Part shown: in pieces, positions 37,841 to 47,390 of the stretch
Layout: every line of letters begins with the position of its first letter
Position numbering within the stretch: position 1 is the stretch's first letter
Program-made: the position numbers and the translations under genes
Assembly (NCBI GenBank): GCA_005882295.1
Contig: VBAI01000011.1
Location: 1,592 to 65,591 of the forward strand
Length of the DNA stretch: 64,000 nt
DNA from: Candidatus Segetimicrobium genomatis
GTDB taxonomy: Bacteria; Sysuimicrobiota; Sysuimicrobiia; Sysuimicrobiales; Kaftiobacteriaceae
Reading direction: 5' to 3'
The notes under the pieces: model-generated
Told to the model about the DNA's origin: nothing
Databases searched by the model: none
The model's input: the letters and a program-made list of their open reading frames with translations, nothing else

Positions 37841-39040
37841 CTATCGCCCGCTCCGCTGCGCAGCACGCTGCGGCACGGCGCGGCGCGGACGGCCTGCTGA
37901 GGCGGCGCGCAGATTCTCGATGACCTCAGGGACGACCGTCAGCAATTGATCAACGTCCTCGTCCGTATTCCAGCGTCCCAGGGTCAGGCGGATGGTGCCG
38001 GCCGCGATCTCCGGCGGCAGGCCGATGGCACTGAGCACGTGGGAGGGTTCCAGGCTGCCCGAGGTGCAGGCCGACCCGCTGCTCGCGGCCACACCCTGAA
38101 AGTCGAGCGCCAGCAGGATGGATTCGCTGTCGGCTCCTTCAAACGAAAGGTTCACGTTCCCGGGCAACCGCTCGACGGGATGCCCATTCAGGTGCGCGCC
38201 GTCGAGGCGGACGAGCCCCTGGATGAGGCGGTCCCGCAGCCGGCGCAGGCGGACCGCTTCCTCGTGCATGCACTCCATGGCGATGCGGATCGCCACCCCA
38301 AATCCTACGATCGCCGGCACGTTCTCCGTCCCCGCCCGGCGGTTGCGCTCATGCGATCCGCCATGCTGGATGCGCGCCACGTTGGATCCCTTGCGAACGT
38401 ACAGCGCGCCGACGCCCTTGGGGCCATAGCGCTTGTGCGCCGACATCGACAGCAGGTCGACGCTCAGCGCGTCCACGTGAACCGGGAGCAGGCCCACCGA
38501 TTGTGTGGCGTCGGTATGCATCAGAATTCCGCCCTCACGCGCGAGACGGCCAATCTCGGCCACGGGCTCCAGCGTACCGATCTCATTGTTAGCGTGCATC
38601 ACGGAGATCAGCACGGTGTCGGGGCGAATGGCCGCGCGCACGTCGTCCGGATCCACGCGGCCATCACGGTCCACGGGAAGGTATGTCACATCAAATCCAC
38701 GGGACTGTAAGAACCGAAGGGGTTCCAGCACCGCGTGGTGCTCAACCGGCGAAGCGATGAGATGCCGGCCCCGCGCCTCGTTCGCCCACGCCGCCCCGAG
38801 CACGGCAAAGTTATCCGCCTCGGTGGCGCCGCTGGTAAATACGATTTCGGCCGGGCTCGCCCCGAGGGCCGACGCGATCACCTCGCGCGACCGGTCCACT
38901 GCCGCCCGCGCGTCTTGCCCGAACTGGTGGATGCTGCTGGCGTTGCCGAACTGCTCGGTGAAGAACGGCAGCATCGCCTCCACCACTCGCGGGTCGGTGG
39001 GCGTGGTGGCGCCGTGATCGACGTATATGCGCGTATCCAT
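37841..39040 (-). CDS. iscS: Cysteine desulfurase (IscS/NifS family)
   Basis: [15 protein letters not shown]-terminus, [15 protein letters not shown]-lysine, and SGSACTSGS active-site cysteine loop. Confidence 0.85.
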   Translation of the reverse strand: MDTRIYVDHGATTPTDPRVVEAMLPFFTEQFGNASSIHQFGQDARAAVDRSREVIASALGASPAEIVFTSGATEADNFAVLGAAWANEARGRHLIASPVEHHAVLEPLRFLQSRGFDVTYLPVDRDGRVDPDDVRAAIRPDTVLISVMHANNEIGTLEPVAEIGRLAREGGILMHTDATQSVGLLPVHVDALSVDLLSMSAHKRYGPKGVGALYVRKGSNVARIQHGGSHERNRRAGTENVPAIVGFGVAIRIAMECMHEEAVRLRRLRDRLIQGLVRLDGAHLNGHPVERLPGNVNLSFEGADSESILLALDFQGVAASSGSACTSGSLEPSHVLSAIGLPPEIAAGTIRLTLGRWNTDEDVDQLLTVVPEVIENLRAASAGRPRRAVPQRAAQRSGR

Positions 39041-39054
39041 AGGCATTGCGGGCT

Positions 39055-39162
39055 TGATCAGAGTGATTAGTGATTTGTGATTAGTGATTCGTTACTACTA
39101 GATTAGCACTTCTGCGTGGCAGGATGAGCCCGCAGTCCCGAATCACGAATCACTAATCACAG
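39055..39162. repeat. Hairpin element family E
   Basis: gagtgattagtgatttgtgattagtgattcg ... cgaatcacgaatcactaatcac. Confidence 0.8.
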
Positions 39163-39172
39163 GGTTTGCGTG

Positions 39173-39499
39173 TTAGCGTGGGATGGCCAGCGCGAGGCGG
39201 GGAATCAGCGGTGCGCCCCGGCGGCCATCGCCGGTCGCCTGCGCCGGGATCTTGCGCACAGCCCCAAGGCGTAATTGCAAGCGGATGTGCCGGAGCGGGA
39301 CACGCTTGCGGATCACAAAGTAGCGAATCTGCTGGGCCCGCTCGATGTCCTGCCAGGAGTAGAGCCTGCGGCGAGACCGTCCTTCGCGGACTGGATAGAT
39401 GAGCCCGTGCTGCTCCCATTTTCGCAGCGTCTGGGGGCTGACGCCCACCAGGCTGCTTGCGACGCTCACAGTGAAGAAGGGGTTTGTCTGCTGCTTCAT
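39173..39499 (-). CDS. MerR-family HTH transcriptional regulator
   Basis: FTVSVASSLVGVSPQTLRKWEQHGLIYPVREGRSRRRLYSWQDIE matches the MerR HTH signature. 108 aa. Confidence 0.7.
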   Translation of the reverse strand: MKQQTNPFFTVSVASSLVGVSPQTLRKWEQHGLIYPVREGRSRRRLYSWQDIERAQQIRYFVIRKRVPLRHIRLQLRLGAVRKIPAQATGDGRRGAPLIPRLALAIPR

Positions 39500-39518
39500 G
39501 GGGGAGTCTCCTCAGGAG

Positions 39519-39700
39519 ATTCATGCCCAGTATAGCAAGCCCCTGCCCAATTCCGGAACAACCGAACGGCAGTCCGTAATCCCATGAAAATCAGCAAAAT
39601 ACGGGGAAATGGGAAGAAAGGACCAGACGACAACAAAATTTCGCGGAATTAGGACTAGATTGGACTACAATTGACAATTTTACTCAATTTTGGCTTCATT
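39519..39700 (-). promoter_or_regulatory. Unusually AT-rich upstream region of the merR-like gene with a near-consensus sigma70-type promoter
   Basis: Minus-strand reading ...GGCTTGCTATACTGGGCATGAATCTCCTGAGGAGACTCCCCCATG. TATACT -10 is about 35 nt upstream of the ATG, with GAGGAG RBS. Further upstream there are ~150 bp at ~40% GC containing TTGACAATTTTACTCAATTTTGG. Confidence 0.4.
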
Positions 39701-39711
39701 TCTGCAGATTG

Positions 39712-40398
39712 CTACCTGGTTGAGGCCTGCTGGAGCCTTCGGGCGAACCGTTCAGCCTCGGGGTTGCCACTGCCGCGCAATGCCTCGATGGCCGCCGCGG
39801 TGTCATATTGCACCCTGCGCAGCGCGGCCCGCCATCGGTCCCCTTCGACACTCAGCGTCGCGTAAGACGCCCGCTGATCGCCGTCAAAGGGCAACCCCAC
39901 GCTGCCTGGGTTGACGAGCAACTTGTCGCCGAGCTCGCGCACGTAGGCGATGTGAATGTGCCCGTAGGCCACGGCGGCCGCCGCCGTATCGGCGAACACA
40001 CGGCGGATCACCGGCTCCGGGGCGTCGGGAGGCACAACATCGCTGATGCTCCAGGGGGTGGCATGCACCACCACCAGATCGCCGGCTCCGTGCGGGATCC
40101 GCCATAGAAAGGGCAGGCCGGCCAGGTACCGCCTGTCGGCGTCGGACATCTGGGTGGCGGCCCATCCGATGGCATCGGTGACCGAGTCCGGGGCGGAGGT
40201 CAGCCATTCGTCGGTGTTGCCCCGGATCGCCGGGTAGCCGCGGCGGCGGACGAATTCAACACATTCTGCAGGCCGGGGGCCGCCAAGGGCGAGGTCTCCG
40301 GCGACGATGACCTGCGAGGGACCCAACCGGTCCAGGTCCTGCAAGACCGCCTCCAGTGCCCAGAGGTTGCCATGAATATCGGAAATCACCGCAATCAT
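39712..40398 (-). CDS. Metallophosphoesterase (YfcE/MJ0936-like phosphodiesterase)
   Basis: ISDIHGN, GDLALGGP, GNTD and HATPW metal-binding motifs. Confidence 0.75.
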   Translation of the reverse strand: MIAVISDIHGNLWALEAVLQDLDRLGPSQVIVAGDLALGGPRPAECVEFVRRRGYPAIRGNTDEWLTSAPDSVTDAIGWAATQMSDADRRYLAGLPFLWRIPHGAGDLVVVHATPWSISDVVPPDAPEPVIRRVFADTAAAAVAYGHIHIAYVRELGDKLLVNPGSVGLPFDGDQRASYATLSVEGDRWRAALRRVQYDTAAAIEALRGSGNPEAERFARRLQQASTR

Positions 40399-40975
40399 GG
40401 AGGAGACTCCCCAAACACGGCATCGATGAAACTTTTCATGATGCGCGCCGTCACGCCCCAGATCTCATACCGGCCGTGTGTGTAGAAGTACACATCGACC
40501 TGCTGGCCGCCTCGCTCCCGCCGTTCCATCCGTAGTCTCGATGCATCACGAAACACGCTCAGCGGCACGCTCAGCACCTCGGCGATCTCCGCCGTATTGA
40601 TCCGCAGCGGCACGGGATCCGAAATGATCCCTACGAAGGGCGTAATCAAGAATCCACTCACCGTCGCGTGGACGTCGTCCAGCGTCCCCAGGACCTCCAC
40701 GATGCCCCGGGGAATTCCGACCTCTTCCTCAGTTTCCCGCAGCGCTGTGGCCAGGGCGTCCACGTCGCCTTGCTCGGTCGCCCCGCCCGGAAACGAGATC
40801 TGGCCCTTGTGGTGCTGGACGGTATCGGTACGCCGCGTGAACAGGACAAGCGGGGTTCCATCCTGCACCAGGAGCGGAATCAGTACCGCGGCCCTGGTAA
40901 GCCCGTCAGCCTCGATCATCCGACGGGTGCGTCGGGCAAGCTTCTGCCGGATGAGGTCGGTCAGGGCGGTCATGC
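40395..40975 (-). CDS. NUDIX hydrolase (CoA pyrophosphatase-like)
   Basis: Nudix box GGATEQGDVDALATALRETEEEVG. Start MTALTDLIR at 40975; the ORF-track 422-aa extension is rejected. Confidence 0.75.
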
Positions 40976-41318
40976 CCCACCTTTTGACAACTCCGAGGCG
41001 CCTCCTATGGGCACGGTGAAAGCACGGTACCTGGTACCCGGACGAGAGGCGAACGACCGGTCGGCGCAGGCCCTGGGGCCATATCCCCAAATTATCCACA
41101 AGATGTTGATATCTGAGGCAGGAGTTTGCCACCTGGCGGGGAATAAGCGTAAGGACCTGCAGGGGGGAGGAGCCTTCGAGTCTGCTCTTGGACGCCTCCA
41201 CGACAGGCTCCCCACTAGGCAACGCATGGACACCACTCCTCCTTCGCCCGCACCTCCTCCCTGAGGTCGCTTTATCTTCACAGACGGGCATCGGGCTTCG
41301 GGCTCCGGCCTCGACAGA

Positions 41319-42254
41319 ATGTGTGGCTTCATGATCGAGTACCTGCCGTTCGACAAGCGCGTCCCTGATACCCAATACCGTGATCTGCTCCTGCGCATCC
41401 TCACCACCGGCGAAGAGGTCCCGACCGAGCACGGCGTCTCGGCCCTGAAAGTCATCGGCCACGCCATGCGGTTCCCGCTGGCAAACGGGTTCCCTGTCGT
41501 GACCGAGCGCGACGTCGCCCGCGAACCTAAGAACGGGAGACGTCCATCGCTCTTCCACCAGGCCCTCGGCGAGTTGTGCGCTTTTCTCAACGGCGCACAC
41601 ACTCAACAGGACCTGGAGCAATTTGGCTGCTACTGGTGGGACCCCTGGGTCACCGCGGAACACTGCGAGAAGTTTGGTCTTCCCCCCGGGGATCTCGGGC
41701 CGGGGTCATACGGTGCGGCATTTCGGAGATTCCCCACTGCGGAAGGCACGCCGTTTGACCAGTTGCGGCACCTCATCGAGCAGGTCAAGGAACGGCCCGA
41801 TGCCCGGCATCACGAGCTCTCGCCGTGGATTCCGCAGTACGTGCTGACCGGGCACGAGGGCGGCCGGCGGGTGGTGGTGCCGCCCTGCCACGGCTGGGTG
41901 CACGTGCACGTGAACTCGCGTACCCGGACGCTGACCCTCACCCATCGCCAGCGCAGCGCGGACGCGCCAGTGGGCCTGGTTTTCAACCTGATCCACTATG
42001 CGGCGCTGACACTCATGATCGCCCAGGTCACCGGCTATCGGGCCAACGAGCTCGTCTATTGGATCGACGACGCGCACATCTATCTCAATCAGCTCGAGGA
42101 TGTGCGGGTGATGCTGGCCACGGAGCCGCAGCGTTTGCCGACGGTGACCCTGGACCCGGCGATCGCTGATCTGTTTGCCTTCCGGGCTCAGCACTTCGCG
42201 GTCCGGGATTACCACCCGCGACTGCCCCGCCGGCGCATTGCCACCCCGGTCTGA
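41319..42254 (+). CDS. Thymidylate synthase (ThyA) family protein, divergent
   Basis: Collinear with E. coli ThyA: GHAMRFPLANGFPVVTER ~ GHQMRFNLQDGFPLVTTK; VVPPCHGWVHVHV ~ ALAPCHAFFQFYV (catalytic Cys); FNLIHYAALTLMIAQ ~ FNIASYALLVHMMAQ; DAHIYLNQ ~ DTHLYSNH. The RR-x-I-x-SAWNP motif is altered to ARHHELSPWIP. Confidence 0.65.
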   Translation: MCGFMIEYLPFDKRVPDTQYRDLLLRILTTGEEVPTEHGVSALKVIGHAMRFPLANGFPVVTERDVAREPKNGRRPSLFHQALGELCAFLNGAHTQQDLEQFGCYWWDPWVTAEHCEKFGLPPGDLGPGSYGAAFRRFPTAEGTPFDQLRHLIEQVKERPDARHHELSPWIPQYVLTGHEGGRRVVVPPCHGWVHVHVNSRTRTLTLTHRQRSADAPVGLVFNLIHYAALTLMIAQVTGYRANELVYWIDDAHIYLNQLEDVRVMLATEPQRLPTVTLDPAIADLFAFRAQHFAVRDYHPRLPRRRIATPV

Positions 42255-42258
42255 CTCC

Positions 42259-43385
42259 TCAGACCACTGCGGTCACGAGGCCCTGCACGCGCGGCAGCCC
42301 CTTTCCCACCACCGTCCAGGAATCGCCCTCGTCGCGGCTGCCGTACACCTCGCCGGTCGTTGTCGCGAAGTACACGCCGGCCGGACGCAGGGTGTCGGCA
42401 TCCATGCCGTGCCGCAGCACTACGCAATGCACCTTTCTTGGCAAACCGTCAGTGAGTTTCTCCCAACTTCGACCGCTGGAGCGCGTCCGGTAGACCTCGA
42501 GGGCGCCGATGATGCAACTGTTGTGCTTCTTGCAGCCATTGCCCTGATAGGCGGGCACAACATACGCGGTGTTGACGTCCCGGGGGTGGACGGCCAGCGG
42601 AAAGCCGTGGCGCTCCGGGAGCCCGGCCGAGATATCCTGCCACGACGCACCGAAGTCGTTGCTGCGATAGACGCCGCAGTGCTGCTGCCGATAGATGACT
42701 TGCGTATCAGCCGGCGAGATCCCGATGCGGTGTGTACAGGCATGGACCTGGGCCAGGTGGTCTTCGGCCGCCTTGGCGCGCTCCTCCTCACTCGTCGGGC
42801 GCATGTGCTCACTGCGGCCCGCCACCGGGCAGGACTCGTAGACGCCCTGGCGGGCTAGCTCCCAGGTTTCCCCGCCGTCCAGAGTCCGTACCGCTCCATG
42901 GTTTGTGCTGCTGACGATGAGCATCCGCCTGGGATCTTTCGGGTCGATGTGGATACCGTGCAAGGAGTTGCCGATCGTGCCAAAGGCCCAGTCGCCGTAA
43001 CGGTTTTCCTTCAGTGGCGCACCAAGGTAGCCCTCGTGCACCGTCCAGTGGCGACCGCGGTCCGTGCTGTGAAACAGATAGCTGTAGTGGGTTCCCACCC
43101 ACAGATCGTCGGAGTGCTTGGGGTTCACGGCAACCGCCCACAGCTTGCGGATCGGCAGGCCGTCGTTGAGCGGCGTCCATGACTTCCCGAAGTTGCGGCT
43201 GGCCAGGAGGCCCTCGGACGATGTGGTGGCGTAGATGGACTTGCGCTTGGGATCCCAGGCGAAATGATTGACCGACAGCCCCTTCAGGTACGGGCCGCGG
43301 CGCTTCCACTTCGCGCGCCTCGCGTCGCTTTCAAAGACAAACAGGCCGCCGGCGGTCCCGGCAAACACCATCACCTTGGGCATCG
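42259..43385 (-). CDS. BNR/Asp-box repeat protein (Ycf48/sialidase-like beta-propeller)
   Basis: Multiple S-x-D-x-G-x-(S/T)-W boxes: STDRGRHW, TLDGGETW, SNDFGASW, SRDEGDSW. Start MPKVMVFAGTAGG at 43385. Confidence 0.7.
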
Positions 43386-43484
43386 CGGTCCTCCTGTCCA
43401 CACGCTGGGGAATCGGAGGGTAGCGTTCGTCGCCCGCAGAAGCACACCCTGCCGAACACGAAACGACCAACCAGGAGGGACACA

Positions 43485-44375
43485 GTGCGTTTCGCCACGT
43501 ACCAGCGGGGGAGAGAAGCGCGACTGGCATTTGTCGTCGAGGATCGGCTCGTGGACCTGGGCGCGGTCGCTCAGCGGAAGAAGACGAAGATACCCGCCGA
43601 CATGATTGGGGTGATTGCGGAGGTGCCCGCGAGCACGCTGCGCACGTTGTGGGGGGAGGCGCAGGCCTGGGTGAACGCGAGGCGTCCATCCATCCCCCTC
43701 TCGCGCGCCAGACTGCTGGCGCCAATCCAGCGCCCTCGCAAGAACATCATGTGCATGGGCCGCAACTACATCGAGCACGCCAGAGAAACCGGGGGCGCAC
43801 CGCCGGAGGTCCCGGTGTTCTTCACGAAACCGCCGACCTGCGTCATCGGTCCGGGGGCGCCGGTCACCTATCACACCGTGACGCAGGCGCTGGATTACGA
43901 GGTCGAGCTGGCGGTGGTGTTCGGCCGCCGCGGCCGCGACATCCCCGCCGCGAAGGCATTGGACTACGTTTTCGGATACACTATCATGAACGACGTCACC
44001 GCCCGCGATCTGCAGCGGCGGCACCAGCAGTGGTTCAAGGGGAAGTCGCTCGACACGTTCGCTCCGCTTGGACCGTGGATCGTCCACCGCTCGGCCATCC
44101 CGGATCCGCAGCGCCTGCGCCTGAGGATGCGGGTGAACGGCGAACTGCGCCAGAATGCGACGACCGCGAGCATGATCTTCGGTGTGGCGCAGTTGATTGA
44201 GAGCTTATCGGCCGGCATGACCATCGAACCGGGCGACATCATGGCGACCGGTACCCCGGAGGGCGTGGGGATGGGGTTCAATCCACCAAAATGGCTGCAC
44301 GTCGGCGACGTCGTCGAAGCGGAAGTCGAGGGCATCGGGCTGCTGCGCAACCACATCGCCGCGGCCAAACCCTAA
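43485..44375 (+). CDS. Fumarylacetoacetate hydrolase (FAH) family protein
   Basis: CMGRNYIEHARE, LDYEVELAVV, and TGTPEGVG motifs. Confidence 0.85.
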   Translation: MRFATYQRGREARLAFVVEDRLVDLGAVAQRKKTKIPADMIGVIAEVPASTLRTLWGEAQAWVNARRPSIPLSRARLLAPIQRPRKNIMCMGRNYIEHARETGGAPPEVPVFFTKPPTCVIGPGAPVTYHTVTQALDYEVELAVVFGRRGRDIPAAKALDYVFGYTIMNDVTARDLQRRHQQWFKGKSLDTFAPLGPWIVHRSAIPDPQRLRLRMRVNGELRQNATTASMIFGVAQLIESLSAGMTIEPGDIMATGTPEGVGMGFNPPKWLHVGDVVEAEVEGIGLLRNHIAAAKP

Positions 44376-44412
44376 CTGCGGAATTAGGGATCCGGGATTA
44401 GGGATCAGAATA

Positions 44413-45057
44413 ATGCGCGTTGCAAAACGAGTACGGCGCTGCGCGTGGGCGGACCATAGTCCATTGATGCGCGCGTATCACGATCGGGAGTGGGGGAATC
44501 CCCGGCACAGCGACCGGGTGCTCTTTGAGTTTCTGATCCTCGAGGGGATGCAGGCCGGGCTGAGCTGGGACACCATTCTGCGGAAGCGGAACAACTTTCG
44601 CCGCGCGTTCTCGCGATTTGATCCCAGGCGGGTCGCGCGCTACGCCTCAGGCGATATCCGGCGGCTGATGACCGACGCGGGCATTATCCGCAACCGCGCC
44701 AAGATCCTGGCGGCGATTGCCAACGCCCGGGCGTTCCTGGAGGTGGTGGGCGAGTTCGGATCGTTCAATAGATACATCTGGGGCTTCGTGGACGGCCGCC
44801 CGCTACTGAACCGGCGCCGTACCCTGGCCCAGATCCCCGCGGAAAGCCCGGTCTCCGTGGCCATGAGCGCAGACCTGCGGCGCCGTGGGTTTCGCTTCGT
44901 GGGCCCGACCATTTGCTACGCGTTCATGCAGGCCGTGGGCATGGTGAACGACCATACCGTCGGGTGCTTCCGCCGCGCCCAACTCCTGAAAGCTACCCCA
45001 CGACCTACGCAACCTACACGAACTACACAATCTACACAATCACCTGCAAAGACCTGA
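44413..45057 (+). CDS. tag: DNA-3-methyladenine glycosylase I
   Basis: YHDREWGNP and FEFLILEGMQAGLSW signatures. The C-terminal ~20 aa (PRPTQPTRTTQSTQSPAKT) is encoded by repeat family B. Confidence 0.85.
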   Translation: MRVAKRVRRCAWADHSPLMRAYHDREWGNPRHSDRVLFEFLILEGMQAGLSWDTILRKRNNFRRAFSRFDPRRVARYASGDIRRLMTDAGIIRNRAKILAAIANARAFLEVVGEFGSFNRYIWGFVDGRPLLNRRRTLAQIPAESPVSVAMSADLRRRGFRFVGPTICYAFMQAVGMVNDHTVGCFRRAQLLKATPRPTQPTRTTQSTQSPAKT

Positions 45058-45133
45058 CAAGCTGTCCTGCAGATTGTGCCCCTGATCTTGTCGTTTGTGT
45101 AGATTGTGTAGGTTATGTAGGTTGTGTAGATTG
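44995..45133. repeat. Hairpin element family B
   Basis: cgacctacgcaacctacacgaactacacaatctacacaatcacctgca ... gtttgtgtagattgtgtaggttatgtaggttgtgtagattg. Confidence 0.8.
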
Positions 45134-45166
45134 AGTGCGTTGGCGAATCACAAATCACCGTGTCCT

Positions 45167-45610
45167 TCAGCGCTCAAACCACAGCGTGTGCGGCCGGAGG
45201 TTGCCGGTGATCCCCAGCTGTGAGGCCATCAGGCTGGTCCACCGCAACACACCCTCGATAATGCCCAGCGTCTGTTCTTCCACCTGATCCGGCGGCAGCG
45301 GCGAGGCCTGCAGGGAAGTGATCATGTCGATTACCTGCCTGCTGATCGTCTCCACATCGTCCAGCAGCGCACGTCCCGCCTGCTGGGCGGATGGGCTGAG
45401 GGGCCGGGACGTGTCGTTGTGGCTTCCCAACTCGCGGCGCCGGGCCGCCGCCCACTTCGCGAGCTCATCCAGCGCCGGACGGGCATGGCCCGGGCTGCGC
45501 TCCATCACCACCGTGACGTAGACCTGACAGGCCCGCCACACATGGTGCACGATCCCTGCGAGAAACTTGCGATCAGAGGGCGTAAACGCGTTCGGGGGCA
45601 TCGCGCTCAT
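45167..45610 (-). CDS. Hypothetical protein
   Basis: 147-aa ORF with coding-like GC3. No family recognised. Confidence 0.45.
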   Translation of the reverse strand: MSAMPPNAFTPSDRKFLAGIVHHVWRACQVYVTVVMERSPGHARPALDELAKWAAARRRELGSHNDTSRPLSPSAQQAGRALLDDVETISRQVIDMITSLQASPLPPDQVEEQTLGIIEGVLRWTSLMASQLGITGNLRPHTLWFER

Positions 45611-45798
45611 CTTCGTCGCAACGAGACTTCCGCGCCCGACTGGCGGTCTCCTTGCCCCGTACCAAACTTGGTTCGTGAAACTGGTGGGGAACCCGACCTA
45701 CGCGGCAGACCAAGTTGGTACGGGGCTTGTCGTGAGGGCAACAGGGGCGATGGCTCTCACGGTGAACCTCTTCCTGGGCCTGCCTCGTACACCTGGCG

Positions 45799-46410
45799 AT
45801 GACCACATCCTCTGAACGCGAACCGCTCTCTGCGATCATCGCCGAGATGCTCGGCTCCCAGGTGGTCACCGTCGGTGAGGTGGCCGATCGCGTTGCCCAG
45901 CGGGGTTTTGGCCTGATCATGAGTGTCCTTGCCCTGCCGACGATGATCCCGGTGCTGCCCCCGGGGTCTGCGGCGTTTATCGGGCTGTTGTACATCCTGC
46001 TCGCAGTGCAGATGCTGATCGGGTTGCCGCGGCCGTGGCTGCCGGTGCGGGTACGCAACTACCGCCTCACCTCGGGCACCATGCGGATGCTGCAGGAGCG
46101 AGGCATCCCCCTGCTGCGCCGCGTCGAGCGTCTTGCCCGGCCGCGCGCGACGTGGGTTCCGGATGCGCTCGTGACGCGGGCCGTGGCGGTCGCGGTCCTG
46201 CTCCTGGGGATCGTGCTGCTTAGCCCGCTCCCGTTCTTCAACACGATCCCGGCCATGACTGTCCTGATCCTGGGCATCGGGCTGTTCAACCGTGATGCAC
46301 TGTTCTTGCTCGGAGGGCTGGTGGCCACGGCCGTTGTGGTGGCGGTGGCGGTCGCCGGGGCCGATACACTCATCAGGCTCGCCGAGCGACTAACTCGACG
46401 CGCCCGCTAA
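45799..46410 (+). CDS. ExoD-like membrane protein (exopolysaccharide synthesis ExoD family)
   Basis: ~200 aa with 4 TM segments and a GFGLIMSVLALP region typical of ExoD. Confidence 0.5.
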   Translation: MTTSSEREPLSAIIAEMLGSQVVTVGEVADRVAQRGFGLIMSVLALPTMIPVLPPGSAAFIGLLYILLAVQMLIGLPRPWLPVRVRNYRLTSGTMRMLQERGIPLLRRVERLARPRATWVPDALVTRAVAVAVLLLGIVLLSPLPFFNTIPAMTVLILGIGLFNRDALFLLGGLVATAVVVAVAVAGADTLIRLAERLTRRAR

Positions 46411-47390
46411 TGGCCGACCGCCTGCGCTGGGGAATCATCAGCACGGCCCGCATCGGGGTCCGCCGGGTCATCCCCGCCCTGATGCGCAGCCAGACCGGAA
46501 CCGCCGTCGCGATCGCCAGCCGCGATCTCACCCGCGCCCGGGAAATCGCCGCCAAGTTCCAGATCCCGCGGACCTACGGCTCGTATGAGGGGCTGCTGGC
46601 CGATCGGGACATCGATGCCGTATACAACCCCCTTCCCAACAGCCTGCATCCGGAGTGGACCATCCGCGCGGCGCAGGCCGGCAAGCACGTGCTGTGCGAA
46701 AAACCACTGGCGGTCAATGCCGTGCAGGCACAGACCATGGTGGACGCCTGCCGGAAGGCTGGCGTGTTGCTGCAGGAAGCGTTCATGTACCGCTATCATC
46801 CGCAGATCGGCGAACTACGCCGGCTGACCGCTTCCGGCGCCATCGGGGATCCCTGGCTGGTTCGCTCGACGTTCACCTTCACGGTCGGCCGCGACGATGA
46901 CATCCGCCTGAACGCGAGTCTGGGCGGCGGCGGGTTGCTCGACGTGGGATGCTACTGCGTGAACATCAGCCGGCTGCTGCTGGGAGAGCCCCAGGCAGTG
47001 ACGGCGTCGGGGGTGTTCGAGCACGGCGTGGACGTGCGCATGGCAGGCCTGCTGACCTTCGCGGCCGGAGCGGCCGTGCTCGACTGCGGGCTGCGGATGC
47101 CCTACCGCCAGATCTGCGAGGTCGTCGGCACCACCGGCGCGATCACGCTTCCGCGGCCGTTTCAGCCGGAAGAGGATCCGGCGATGCTGCTGGTCCGCCG
47201 GGGCGAGCGCGAGGAGCGGGTGGAGATCCCAGGCACCAACCAGTACACGCTGATGCTGGACCACATGGGCGCCTGCCTCCTGCGGGGCCAGCGCCCGCAA
47301 TTTCCTCCCGAGGATGCCGTGGCGAACCTGCGCGTGCTCGACGCGCTGCGGCGTGCTGCCACATCAGGCACGACCGTGCCGGTCGCCTAA
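46410..47390 (+). CDS. Gfo/Idh/MocA-family NAD(P)-dependent oxidoreductase
   Basis: N-terminal Rossmann WGIISTARIG...AIASRD and EKPLA motif. 326 aa. Confidence 0.85.
   Translation: MADRLRWGIISTARIGVRRVIPALMRSQTGTAVAIASRDLTRAREIAAKFQIPRTYGSYEGLLADRDIDAVYNPLPNSLHPEWTIRAAQAGKHVLCEKPLAVNAVQAQTMVDACRKAGVLLQEAFMYRYHPQIGELRRLTASGAIGDPWLVRSTFTFTVGRDDDIRLNASLGGGGLLDVGCYCVNISRLLLGEPQAVTASGVFEHGVDVRMAGLLTFAAGAAVLDCGLRMPYRQICEVVGTTGAITLPRPFQPEEDPAMLLVRRGEREERVEIPGTNQYTLMLDHMGACLLRGQRPQFPPEDAVANLRVLDALRRAATSGTTVPVA

Noticed and set aside
44378-44407. AACTGCGGAATTAGGGATCCGGGATTAGGGATC between FAH and tag as a full hairpin element
   Set aside because: It shares the AACTGCGG flank with family A but has only a single direct-repeat arm and no inverted partner. 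It is likely a truncated relic and was not listed as a separate feature.
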